DNA from: a virus
IMG/VR virus record: IMGVR_UViG_3300032308_002578
Coordinates: 1-64,000 of that record
DNA: 64,000 nucleotides
Direction: 5' to 3' (one strand)
Shown here: positions 9,201 to 18,507 of the stretch, piece after piece
Numbering within the stretch: position 1 is the first letter of the stretch
Layout of the letters: every line of letters begins with the position of its first letter
Notes under the pieces: model-generated
Told to the model about the DNA's origin: nothing
What the model saw: only the letters and a program-made list of their open reading frames with translations
Databases searched by the model: none
Position numbers and translations under genes: made by a program

Positions 9201-9747
9201 CCCGAATGTGCAAACGGCACGCAGAAAGGTGGTTTACGATGCCATTTCCTTAACTAGGGTCTTTATACCCTACGCGACCGTGGCTCCGACGGCCGCGTAG
9301 GGAGTTGGCAAACGGGCGGTGTTGATTCGGAGTAAAAGCCTTGTCACGTAAGGCTGGTGGACAAAAGTTTTACCCTTGTTGGGTGAGACAGCGTGACGGG
9401 AGACTGGCAAATAAGCCCTAGATTTAAACTTGACTGCATTTGGGACGTCGCTTGCGAAACGCCAAATACAGTGGGAGTCGAACCAATTTTGCCCCGTGCT
9501 GCTCGTTACCTGAACAAAAGGATCAGATGAGTTCAGGTTTAACACCAGCATGGACCGTGCCGCGCGCACATATAGTCAAGTGGCAGGAACTGATCTCCGA
9601 ACCACGTGCTTTCTCGTTGTGCCCCCGCAAGGGTGTTACCGTCACGACCGGTGAACAACGAGCCCAGAGTATGCGAGCAATCGCTATTACTGGGGCAGAG
9701 GGGGGCGACGGCGCGTCATAGTACGCCGCCGTCCCCCTCTTTTTTTT
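9201..9747 (+). ncRNA. large structured non-coding RNA of unknown family
   Basis: No credible ORF; about ten helices including long-range pairs 9254-60/9415-21, 9429-36/9573-80, 9494-9501/9546-53 and 9613-20/9655-62; two GCAA tetraloops; complementary loops; ends in a terminator. 5' end is approximate. Confidence 0.7.
9697..9747 (+). terminator. intrinsic terminator
   Basis: AGAGGGG..GACGGCG / CGCCGTC-CCCCTCT followed by a T tract. Confidence 0.85.
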
Positions 9748-9787
9748 AGCTATCAGCGATCGGGTAGAATAATAATAACGCGGGTTT

Positions 9788-9817
9788 TTGACGTTGCGTT
9801 CGGTTTCGCAGTATAAA
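9788..9817 (+). promoter_or_regulatory. sigma70-like promoter
   Basis: TTGACG-N18-TATAAA upstream of the 9844 gene, just after a terminator. Confidence 0.45.
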
Positions 9818-9843
9818 ATTACGTCAAGCCACACGGAACTTCT

Positions 9844-11202
9844 ATGCCGCAAGACCGCATTTATCCGTTCCGCCGGGTTTCCGTCGACCACATGGTTCGC
9901 GGAGTAACGCGCGTCTGGTGGCAACTGGAGTCGCAATTTCGCGAGTCCGGGCCGTACGTCTTTCAACTGCAGTATGGCTACACGCCTAGCAATAAGTCTA
10001 CGGATTGGAAAAACGTCGGCGACCCGGTCACCAACGGGTATTTTGCGCTCGACCCCGGCTGGCGCGAGGGCGGCACAGAACTGCTTACCCATTACCGGGT
10101 GACGTTGACGACGCCCCAAGAGATTTACGTTTCTCAGCCAGCTAACTGCTTTGGCGAATTAACGGAGCGCGATTGGCTACTGGCCCGAGAGATTGTTCGA
10201 AAAGAGCAACTTCGGCACCGGCTCGTGTCTGTTCCCGGTTTCTTATTAAAGCAGTACCGGTATGGCAAACCGTGCAAACGCTGTCGCGATGAATTGACGC
10301 AAGAAATCACAGATAACAATTGCATTTTATGTAACGGCACAGGGTTCGAGGTCGGCTATCACCCGGCTATGCCTCTGCAGTGTTGGGACCTGTCGCCGGA
10401 AATGATAGAAGAACACGTCGACGCTGAGCTAAAAGGTTCGACACGAGAAAACGCGTATATTAAAGCCCGCGTAATCGGTTTCCCGGCGCTGAATAAAAAA
10501 GACATCTGGGTTAATGGTTCAACAGATGAGCGTTGGACAGTCGAGGTGGTGCAGGTCGTGGCAGCGGTGCGCAACGTGCCGCTGGTTTGCGAAGTGCGCC
10601 TCGGATTAGTGCCGTTTAACAACAGCATTTACGCCCTTGAAATTGGCGGAGAACCGCCGAACCGAGATCCGCGACCGCAGGTGGGGTTTGAGGGTTGCGG
10701 CGATATCGTTATCGATTCAAACTACACCGGTGATGACGCGCTGGCGTATGTTGACGCAACGGGCGACCCCATTGAAGGCGCGAGCGTATACGTTTTTAAA
10801 TTAACGGATATTGATGCAGCCAGCCCGGCGTTGCCAGACCGCGCAATAGCTGTCGCACAGACGATAACTGTGGCAAACGGTCGCTGGGCAGTACCCTTAA
10901 ACCTGTTTGCCGGTGATTACGGCGTGCTGTACGAGAAGTTGGGCGAATACGGCCCCGACTTGCAGATTATTACCGTACAGCCGGCTGCCGCGGCCCCGGG
11001 CTATATCTGGCGGATGCAGGCCCCTCTGCGCGCAGAAGCCGGTGACGGCTTTGACGGAATCGGCACGGAAACCGGCGCGCCGCTGTCAGTCGACGACAGG
11101 CAGCGCCCGGCAGCCCCCTTAAGAAGCACCGCGCGGCCGCCAGCACGCCGGGCATCGAACCGCAACACGCAAAACAACGACAACGATTTTTGGGCGGTGT
11201 AA
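9844..11202 (+). CDS. neck/head-closure-like protein with Zn-binding motif
   Basis: CKRC...CILCNGTGF motif; C-terminal beta-sandwich-like segment (DATGDPIEGASVYV); located between head and tail genes. Confidence 0.55.
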   Translation: MPQDRIYPFRRVSVDHMVRGVTRVWWQLESQFRESGPYVFQLQYGYTPSNKSTDWKNVGDPVTNGYFALDPGWREGGTELLTHYRVTLTTPQEIYVSQPANCFGELTERDWLLAREIVRKEQLRHRLVSVPGFLLKQYRYGKPCKRCRDELTQEITDNNCILCNGTGFEVGYHPAMPLQCWDLSPEMIEEHVDAELKGSTRENAYIKARVIGFPALNKKDIWVNGSTDERWTVEVVQVVAAVRNVPLVCEVRLGLVPFNNSIYALEIGGEPPNRDPRPQVGFEGCGDIVIDSNYTGDDALAYVDATGDPIEGASVYVFKLTDIDAASPALPDRAIAVAQTITVANGRWAVPLNLFAGDYGVLYEKLGEYGPDLQIITVQPAAAAPGYIWRMQAPLRAEAGDGFDGIGTETGAPLSVDDRQRPAAPLRSTARPPARRASNRNTQNNDNDFWAV

Positions 11203-11315
11203 CGTGACAAAACTCGATAAAGAAATGCAGCCAGCGGTTAAAATTAAAGACAAGCGCCAGCAACTGTTTCCAGTAATAGTTGTAAGTTCAGTTATCGACA
11301 AAAAGGACCCGCTCC

Positions 11316-12029
11316 GTGAGCACCTGCGACGACTCCCAAAATCCGCCGGAAATTGAAGCCCAGTTTCCGCCCGAGAGCGCTCCTGAAGTCCGGGTCGACC
11401 GGGTCAGTGCGCTATGTTCATACGGTATGCGCCCGCACGTCATGACGGGCCTGCTGCGGCAACTATTAGTAGGCCATTTCTCTGACCCCGAAAACATTGA
11501 CGACGCCCGAGTGCGGCGGATGGTCGAAGAGTTGGGCGGCTGGAAACCTGCCGACAACGGTTTAAACCAGACAGGTGTTTTGGTAGAAAGTATCACCCGC
11601 TGGAACCCGACTAATAACGACAAAAGACCCGGAATTTTGATTAAAAGAAATTCGTGGTCGTGGTTAAGAAAAGGTATTGGTGACAAATCAGGCGCAGATA
11701 CTTATACTGGATCTACTTCGTACACCGGGTTTTGGGAAGGCAGCCACACACTGTACTGCCTTGCCCAGAACGGCGGCGAAACCGAATTTTTGGCCACGGA
11801 AGTGGTCAAGTTTTTAGTCACATTTTCTCCGCTCATTGTTGACCAAATGGGCCTAATGCGCTTTTTTGTCAGCGAGGTTGGCGGAGTAGGAGAAGTTCAA
11901 GAGGTCGTGCAGGGTTATGCCGTACCTGTGACCGTGTCGTATGTTGCCGAGGAAGCTTGGTCGCTCCAGCCGTACGTGCCGCGTTTAAAGCGGATTGTCT
12001 TTAAGGCATCGGATTTACTGTCATATTAA
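11316..12029 (+). CDS. tail completion/terminator-like protein
   Basis: GTG start after AAGGA; directly upstream of the sheath gene. Confidence 0.5.
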   Translation: MSTCDDSQNPPEIEAQFPPESAPEVRVDRVSALCSYGMRPHVMTGLLRQLLVGHFSDPENIDDARVRRMVEELGGWKPADNGLNQTGVLVESITRWNPTNNDKRPGILIKRNSWSWLRKGIGDKSGADTYTGSTSYTGFWEGSHTLYCLAQNGGETEFLATEVVKFLVTFSPLIVDQMGLMRFFVSEVGGVGEVQEVVQGYAVPVTVSYVAEEAWSLQPYVPRLKRIVFKASDLLSY

Positions 12030-12144
12030 AATTTGCGGTGAGATGTTTTTTTGTTGATTCGGTGGTTATGTATACTACCGGCAAGCACGGAACCGCACAC
12101 ACAGGCTTACAAATCATCTAATCCAAGGCACGGAGGCCGGACGC

Positions 12145-14982
12145 ATGTCTAGTTACGTAAAACCACAAGTTCTCGTTTTCCAAGAGTTTACGATTGTTCC
12201 GACGGAGATTACGGAACCGCTGCGCGCCCACATCGCCGGTCCGCACGCCGTTCTCCATCGTTACAGCAACGTCACGGAGAAGAGCGACTGCCTGCTGGGT
12301 GATTACGACCGCCTGTCGGACACTTGCTATGCGTGGCCCCAGCGGACCGCCGGCTCGCTCGTCGACCTTGAGTACACCAAACTTTATATCGACAACGCGC
12401 TGCTCCTTTATTACGAGCACAACCTGACCGACATCGACACGGTTATTTCCCCGGTTGCAGGGCGTCAGAACTGGATTCAGTCGGACAACCTGTCGTTCAA
12501 GTCCAACACATCGGCTTACCCGCGCAGCGGCGCCTTCCACGACCGCGACGTCAAGGTGGGCGACCGTGTGTATCTCCGTTCGGTGAGCGAGGACAACGAG
12601 TGCGTCGAAACCGAACTGTGGACCGAAGTCGCTGGTTTTGCCAGTTCTATGGTTGACTCGCTGATTCAGCCGGCCACGGCTGATGTTGCCAACACCGGCA
12701 ATACCAATGCCGGCGCAAGCGTGACCAAGATTGCCGGCGCTGCTAACTGCATCGTGGCGGCTGTCGGCGGCACGTACAACGGTCTGGCTTCGGGCTATGT
12801 AAACGAAGAGTACACCATCGAAGTCGTGAAGAGTTCTGTCTCGGGTTGCAACGCTGCTCGCCTCCGCGTGCGTAGCGCCAGCGGCACCGACGATGTCGCT
12901 GAAGTCACCCCGGCCGCCATGGAAAGTGCGACAGCTATCGGCACGCGCGGCGTGACGGTGACGTTCGACGTCGTCCCGAACGAGAACTGCGAAGACGCTG
13001 CAACTGCGGCGGGTGTTGCGGCCGATCAGTTTGTGGTCGGCCAGAAGTGGCGTGTTGTTGTTGCGCAGCAGTTCATTGCTGTTACGGCGACCTCGTCTGC
13101 TGCTGGCGAGTACAGCACGGATGATGATGATAACATCGTTGGCGAGTATGCCGGCGAGAAGAATGACGTGTACGTCATCGAGTGCACAAAGGGCGGCCTC
13201 TGGGCGGCCCTGCCGGAAGTTACGGTTCGTACGGTTAAGGGTCTCGATTTCTCGGGTCCGACCGCGGTGACGAACACTGGCGTCAACGTGCCGGTTGGCA
13301 CAAACGGCGTGCAGGTGCAGTTCACAACCGGCGCCGGTCTGCGTAAAGGCGACAAGTGGTACATCACCGTGGTATCCAGCAAGGCTGGCCCGGTGCGCCA
13401 ACTTATCCTGCGCGACGACCTCCCGACCGACATGCTGTCGGCCGAAACGCTCGACCTGAAACTGTTCATCAAGGACGACATTCAGGTGTCGAAGAACCGG
13501 ACTGGTTTTGCTCCGCTGACCAACTACTACCTTGAAGCCACGCAGGTCTGCGTGCAGGAAGGCATTGTCGCCTACCACCCCGAGTGGACTGGCGGCGGCG
13601 TTGAACTGCCGCTGGAAGTGCGCGCTGGTCAACTGTACGTCGAGTACCGCGAGTGGCTGTCCGATCTCGCCGACGAGGTGAACTCGATCAGCGACGTGGC
13701 CGACCTTGATCAGATTGCGGGTCAACTCGATCCGGACAACCCGCTGAAGTGGGGCGTTTACAAGGCGCTGTCGAATTCGAACGGCACTGTGGTGAAGTAC
13801 ACCGCCGTGCTCGACCCGAAGAACCTCGACAGTTGGGTGCAGGTGCTTGAGCGACTCAAGGGTCGCGACGACCTGTACAACCTTGTTCCGATGACCTTCG
13901 ACATTCGCGTTCACAACCTGTGGGCTGCGCACATCGGCGCGGAGTCGAACGAGTACGCGAATAACTGGAAGGCCGGTTTCGTGGCGCTCAAGTCGGTGCC
14001 GCAAGTGCTGGTGGCTGGTGAGGGTGCGGCGATCGGTGGCGTTGCCGGTAACGTCGTGACCAGCCCCGTGCTGGCGACGGTTGGCGACGACCCGAATGCG
14101 ACCAACACGCAGTACACCAAACTGACGGTTACGTCTGGCAATGGTTACTTCATCACCAATGAAGTTCAGCCGGGCGACATCGTTCGTTACAACTTCGCCG
14201 TGGACGGTTTCGGTGACGAGCAGTACGAAGAGTACGTCGTCGACCGCGTGCTGTCCGAGTCGACCCTCCTGCTGTACTCGGGCACCAACACAGCGGTGAC
14301 CGTAGCCCAGCGGGTTGAGATCTACCACAATCGTAACCGCAACGAAATCGCTGACGGCATCGCCACACAGGCCGGCGCCCTCTCGAACCGTCGCGTTTGC
14401 GCCGTGTGGCCCGATCAGGTCGGCGAGGCTGGCACATTGCAGCCCGGTTATTACCTCGCTGCGGCTCTGGCTGGCCTTGTGAGCGGTGTGGTGCCGCACC
14501 AGCCGCTGACGAACGTCGAAGTGGCTGGTTTTGACGACTACAGCCGGTCCTACAAGTACTTCAATGAAACCCAACTGAACCGCATGGCGGAAGCCGGCGT
14601 GTGGATTGTCACGGAAGACCGTGACGGCACGCCTCACACCCGCCACGCGCTGACGACGGACAACCTCGACCTGAATCGTCGGGAAGAGATGATCCGCCGC
14701 AACGTGGACTCGATCTCGTATCTGTTCCTCCGTCGTCTGCGCCCGTACATCGGGCGGACGAACGCGTCGCAGAGCATGGTCGAGTTGCTGCGGACCAAGG
14801 TGGGTGACGTGATCCGTTTCCTGTCGACCAACGGCTATACACAAGAACTGGGCTCGCAGTTAATCAGCGGCGAGATCCGTGTCCTGCGTATTCACCCGCT
14901 GCTTAAGGACCGCATTGAAATCGTGCTTGACCTTGTTGTGCCGGCGCCGCTGAACAACATCGAACTGCACTTAGTTGTCTGA
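12145..14982 (+). CDS. contractile tail sheath protein
   Basis: 945 aa; N-terminal YVKPQVLVFQE; C-terminal sheath domain (LAAALAGL...PHQPLTN...RHALTT...RNVDSIS...IVLDLVVPAPLNNIELHLVV). Confidence 0.9.
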   Translation: MSSYVKPQVLVFQEFTIVPTEITEPLRAHIAGPHAVLHRYSNVTEKSDCLLGDYDRLSDTCYAWPQRTAGSLVDLEYTKLYIDNALLLYYEHNLTDIDTVISPVAGRQNWIQSDNLSFKSNTSAYPRSGAFHDRDVKVGDRVYLRSVSEDNECVETELWTEVAGFASSMVDSLIQPATADVANTGNTNAGASVTKIAGAANCIVAAVGGTYNGLASGYVNEEYTIEVVKSSVSGCNAARLRVRSASGTDDVAEVTPAAMESATAIGTRGVTVTFDVVPNENCEDAATAAGVAADQFVVGQKWRVVVAQQFIAVTATSSAAGEYSTDDDDNIVGEYAGEKNDVYVIECTKGGLWAALPEVTVRTVKGLDFSGPTAVTNTGVNVPVGTNGVQVQFTTGAGLRKGDKWYITVVSSKAGPVRQLILRDDLPTDMLSAETLDLKLFIKDDIQVSKNRTGFAPLTNYYLEATQVCVQEGIVAYHPEWTGGGVELPLEVRAGQLYVEYREWLSDLADEVNSISDVADLDQIAGQLDPDNPLKWGVYKALSNSNGTVVKYTAVLDPKNLDSWVQVLERLKGRDDLYNLVPMTFDIRVHNLWAAHIGAESNEYANNWKAGFVALKSVPQVLVAGEGAAIGGVAGNVVTSPVLATVGDDPNATNTQYTKLTVTSGNGYFITNEVQPGDIVRYNFAVDGFGDEQYEEYVVDRVLSESTLLLYSGTNTAVTVAQRVEIYHNRNRNEIADGIATQAGALSNRRVCAVWPDQVGEAGTLQPGYYLAAALAGLVSGVVPHQPLTNVEVAGFDDYSRSYKYFNETQLNRMAEAGVWIVTEDRDGTPHTRHALTTDNLDLNRREEMIRRNVDSISYLFLRRLRPYIGRTNASQSMVELLRTKVGDVIRFLSTNGYTQELGSQLISGEIRVLRIHPLLKDRIEIVLDLVVPAPLNNIELHLVV

Positions 14983-15019
14983 TCAAGTCAATAAAGACAC
15001 AAAATAGGAGATACGCAAT

Positions 15020-15496
15020 ATGGCATCTGTTTTTGCGGGCCCGGCCGGCGGAGTACAGTCCGTTCAAGGCGTCATTAAGGCCGAAGACGTCAAACTCAAA
15101 ATCAACGGCAACGACGCCGTTGGCGCGATTGTGCAACAGGCGCAGTGGTCGATTGAACGCACTGTGAACATGCTGTACGAAATCGGCACCCAAAACGTGT
15201 ACTACGTCGGCGACCGCCGCCGTGGTACCGCGCAATTCAACCGCGTGGTTGGCGGCGCGAAGGACTTTAAGGCGATTGTTGGCGCGTACGGCAACCTCTG
15301 TAACGCCAACACAAATACGCTCGGGCTTATCGCTGGCGCGCAGGGCGCCGGCGGTGGCGCGTGCAACGCGGCTGGCTCGGTGACGTACAACCTGCTCGGC
15401 GTAACGCTGAACAGCCTCGGCGCTTCTGTGACGGCGAATGACATCATCGTTACAGAATCCATGAGTTTCATGTTCGTGGACATGGAATACACCTGA
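15020..15496 (+). CDS. tail tube protein
   Basis: 158 aa directly after the sheath; SD AGGAG; R..N.LYEIG motif typical of tube proteins. Confidence 0.75.
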   Translation: MASVFAGPAGGVQSVQGVIKAEDVKLKINGNDAVGAIVQQAQWSIERTVNMLYEIGTQNVYYVGDRRRGTAQFNRVVGGAKDFKAIVGAYGNLCNANTNTLGLIAGAQGAGGGACNAAGSVTYNLLGVTLNSLGASVTANDIIVTESMSFMFVDMEYT

Positions 15497-15527
15497 GCGC
15501 TGATCGTAGTAATTAAATCGGAACCAC

Positions 15528-15595
15528 AAGCGGCGGTTGCACAAAATGCAGCCGCCGCTTAAGGTATTGGGCGGAAACGCCCGGGGCTTCGGCCC
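15528..15595 (+). terminator. hairpin cluster after the tube gene (terminator or stability element)
   Basis: 14-bp stem 15528-15560, then GGGCG-GAAA-CGCCC and GGGC-TTCG-GCCC. Confidence 0.6.
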
Positions 15596-15626
15596 GTAAC
15601 CACACCATTGAATTGGTGGACAATTT

Positions 15627-18506
15627 ATGCCGGTCGACGGAAACCCTAATAATAAGGTGTGGCAGTCGCCTTCTACGGCGCCGCAACCGACCCAAGACTC
15701 CAGTCTGCCAGCCCGGCTGGTACGGCAAGAAACGGCCTACAGTTCGCCGTTTGCGACGTCTGCGTATGCTGCGCAGATGCGCCCCGTGGCCGACCCGAAC
15801 TGCAACTTGACTGCGTATCGCACCGGTTTTATTGAATCTGGGCGGCTGCTTATCGGGTTCATTATGGACGGTACGGCGATAGCCAACTGCTATCGCGTCC
15901 ATATTGAAAAGGGCGCTGCGCCCATCATTGCCGCTGCCTGTATGCACGGCAGCGGCGTTTGCATGGGCGCCAGCGAGATCACGACCTATGCGCCGGGAAC
16001 GGCTGTAATCGTGATGACTCACGACAACCACTACGAGGGTTATATCCTCGGCGCTGCCCCGAGCGTCTTGGACGTGGGGAACCGCGCTTACCACGACTAT
16101 ATCTCGCAGGCGTCCCGCAAGCGCGTGGACGACGTTCACAAGAAACACCTCAAACAGCCCGATGGCGGGCAGCAGGTCGATTACAGCGCGTGGCGGCCGT
16201 TTGACGCCACACTAGCCAGCGAGTGGGGCGCGATCTCCACGACCGGCATGGGCGTCACGCTGGACGACTTTATGGTTCGCATGTCCGTGAACGAGTTTAC
16301 GGGCGTGTTCGGTTTCTACCACGACTCGTTGTTGCGCGTGACCGGCTACAACATGCAGGTCTGGACGTCCGGTCACGAGCGGGACGCTTTCACAGATCAG
16401 GCTGAATACAACGACGTGCAGGGTTACTCGCCGTACCCGTGGGAGGCGATGGGTTTGATGTCGCCCGGCGTGGAAATGATTCAAGAGTATCAACCCGGCA
16501 CGTATCAGTGCGCATTAGAAAAGCCGTTTTACGCGCACTGGGAAAACCAACACGAATTTCAACAGCCCTATCATCGGACGCAGCAGTTCTACGGTTATCT
16601 CGGCCAAGGTGCGCGCATGCACGTGCATGCGCCGCCGCAATCCGTACCGCGCTGGACATATGAACCCGGACAGCTTGGCGACCCCGGTAAGCCGTACGAT
16701 TCGATTGTTAATTCAAAAGACATCGGCAAAGCAGAGTGCACAGGCGGCGATAAAAAGTTAACAGACCACGAGGTTAAACCCGTCTACGGCCTGCACGAAG
16801 ATAACGTGGGACTGGATGGTCGGCGGTTTATTGCGTCTGCCAAGGGCATCGTGTTGTCTAAGCGCATCCTGCTGCCGTTCCCGCAACGCATCAAACGCCC
16901 CGAAGACGAGAAGGGCGACAATGCCGAAACTAACTACAAAGCCGCCAGCAAGTTCGGCAGCGGGCCTGAGCACAAGATTACCGGCGATATCGAAACTACA
17001 GATTCCGAATGGCCCAACATGCAAAGGGCCGCGGCTGTACTCGACCTGCACGGTTACCTGTTTAATTACGCCGGAATTCATCCGTTCTATTGGCACGCGA
17101 AGGATTACAAGACGTGGGAACAGAGCAATTTGTCGGACGAGGGATACGCTGACGTAAATCAGAAGATTCCGCAGTTCTCTGAATTGCAGGGCTCAATGTA
17201 TTTAAAACAGCCGCAGCCCAAGAAGTGGAACATCGACCACAGGTACAACGAGCAGAACTTCTACGAGTCCGAAAGTTTTATCTCGCTGCTGGAAGACGGC
17301 AGCGTAGTCATCGGCGACGGTTATGGCGCTGAAATCCGCATGGCTGGCGGGTGTTTAACACTTTCGGCCCCGGGCGACGTGTGGGTCAAATCTGGCCGCC
17401 ACGCGCAGATCTGGTCTGGAGCCGACTGCATCTTCCGCGCACACGACAGCGTGGACATCTCGACCACCGAAAAGAGCGTCCGCATCAAGAGCGAGAAGCA
17501 CGTTATGGTGCTGGCTGGCAACGAGGAAAACGACGGCGGCGTGCTCATTGAAAGCCGCTCGAACCGCAAAGACTACGACTTCGAGACGTGCGGCGACGAT
17601 GTCAAGTTCGGCGGCGTGGTTCTGCGCGCGCCCAATTCAAATGTCGTTGGCCTTGGCAACCAGATTTACATGCGCACAGGCGGCGGCGGCATCCAGCCGG
17701 GCGAGATCGTGCTGGACGCCGCAAAGGGCGACAAAGACATCATCACTAAGTCGAACAACTTGTTTAACTACGTCGGGCGTAGCGGGTCCGTATATCACTT
17801 CTTCGGCCAAACAGACTACCAGAAAGCCAACAAGTTTTCGGAGCAGAACACACTGCTGTCTGGCATGGTCGGCACAGAAAAAATGATCGTGGCGGGCGGC
17901 GGCATCTTGAGCGACGGCAGCGTGCTCGTAAAGAAGGGTCACATTCTGACGCAGGCCGCCGATCAGGGCGCGTTCTTCGTCGGCCCGTGCGACGGCGACT
18001 GCCAAGGACAGGTGGGCGCGGCTATCGAAACTATTCGAAATTTAATTGATGACACGTTGCCGCAGTTGGGCGCGCAGATCGACAACAGTCTGCTTGAAAT
18101 GCAGTTCTACGGCGACAAGAAGCCCGGCAACGACCGCGTTATCAACATCATGGAATTCTCGTTCCGCACAGACGAACAATACGCCGTTCCAGACTTCCTA
18201 CTCTATGAAGACCGCTGGCAGCAGATGGCAGACATCGGCGGCCAGACGACCAAGAAGTGGGAAGAAAAGGGCGTGAAGTCGAAAGTGTGCGACAAGACGT
18301 ACCCATTCCCCGGTAAGAAATGGTTAATCGACGAAGATGCGTATGTGCAGCAAGAGTTCAACATTGTCGAATTCCAAGACGGCGGATTCAGGGACGCCGA
18401 TCGTGGCGAGGCTCCGGGGCTGATTGGCGCGTACAGTCAGCCAAAATTTGCGGAGAACAATAAGACAATTATTAACGGGAACTACCCCATCATCGGAAGG
18501 AAGTGA
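15627..18506 (+). CDS. baseplate central spike/hub-like protein (gp5/VgrG-like)
   Basis: 959 aa; OB-fold-like N-terminus and beta-helix-like stretch (SFISLLEDGSVVIGDGYGAEIRMAGGCLTLSAPGDVWVKSG). Confidence 0.55.
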   Translation: MPVDGNPNNKVWQSPSTAPQPTQDSSLPARLVRQETAYSSPFATSAYAAQMRPVADPNCNLTAYRTGFIESGRLLIGFIMDGTAIANCYRVHIEKGAAPIIAAACMHGSGVCMGASEITTYAPGTAVIVMTHDNHYEGYILGAAPSVLDVGNRAYHDYISQASRKRVDDVHKKHLKQPDGGQQVDYSAWRPFDATLASEWGAISTTGMGVTLDDFMVRMSVNEFTGVFGFYHDSLLRVTGYNMQVWTSGHERDAFTDQAEYNDVQGYSPYPWEAMGLMSPGVEMIQEYQPGTYQCALEKPFYAHWENQHEFQQPYHRTQQFYGYLGQGARMHVHAPPQSVPRWTYEPGQLGDPGKPYDSIVNSKDIGKAECTGGDKKLTDHEVKPVYGLHEDNVGLDGRRFIASAKGIVLSKRILLPFPQRIKRPEDEKGDNAETNYKAASKFGSGPEHKITGDIETTDSEWPNMQRAAAVLDLHGYLFNYAGIHPFYWHAKDYKTWEQSNLSDEGYADVNQKIPQFSELQGSMYLKQPQPKKWNIDHRYNEQNFYESESFISLLEDGSVVIGDGYGAEIRMAGGCLTLSAPGDVWVKSGRHAQIWSGADCIFRAHDSVDISTTEKSVRIKSEKHVMVLAGNEENDGGVLIESRSNRKDYDFETCGDDVKFGGVVLRAPNSNVVGLGNQIYMRTGGGGIQPGEIVLDAAKGDKDIITKSNNLFNYVGRSGSVYHFFGQTDYQKANKFSEQNTLLSGMVGTEKMIVAGGGILSDGSVLVKKGHILTQAADQGAFFVGPCDGDCQGQVGAAIETIRNLIDDTLPQLGAQIDNSLLEMQFYGDKKPGNDRVINIMEFSFRTDEQYAVPDFLLYEDRWQQMADIGGQTTKKWEEKGVKSKVCDKTYPFPGKKWLIDEDAYVQQEFNIVEFQDGGFRDADRGEAPGLIGAYSQPKFAENNKTIINGNYPIIGRK

Positions 18507-18507
18507 C

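Noticed and set aside
9270-9721. Short ORFs within the 9.2-9.7 kb region
   Set aside because: No SD or protein-like composition; dense base pairing is better explained by an RNA gene.
9201-9747. tmRNA, RNase P RNA or group I/II intron identity for the large RNA
   Set aside because: I could not find tRNA-like ends with a tag frame, the RNase P P4 consensus, group II GUGYG and domain V, or an interrupted host gene.
11204-11356. Possible 50-aa ORF between the neck and tail completion genes
   Set aside because: GTG start with weak SD and a 41-nt overlap with the next gene; not enough support.
12048-12076. Sigma70 promoter for the sheath gene (TATACT at 12071)
   Set aside because: A plausible -10 box but no convincing -35 at a normal spacing.
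12118-14844. 908-aa - strand ORF and similar long antisense ORFs (3184-4329, 43586-44629)
   Set aside because: Shadow frames of GC-biased or Gly-X-Y coding genes on the + strand, with no motifs or SD.
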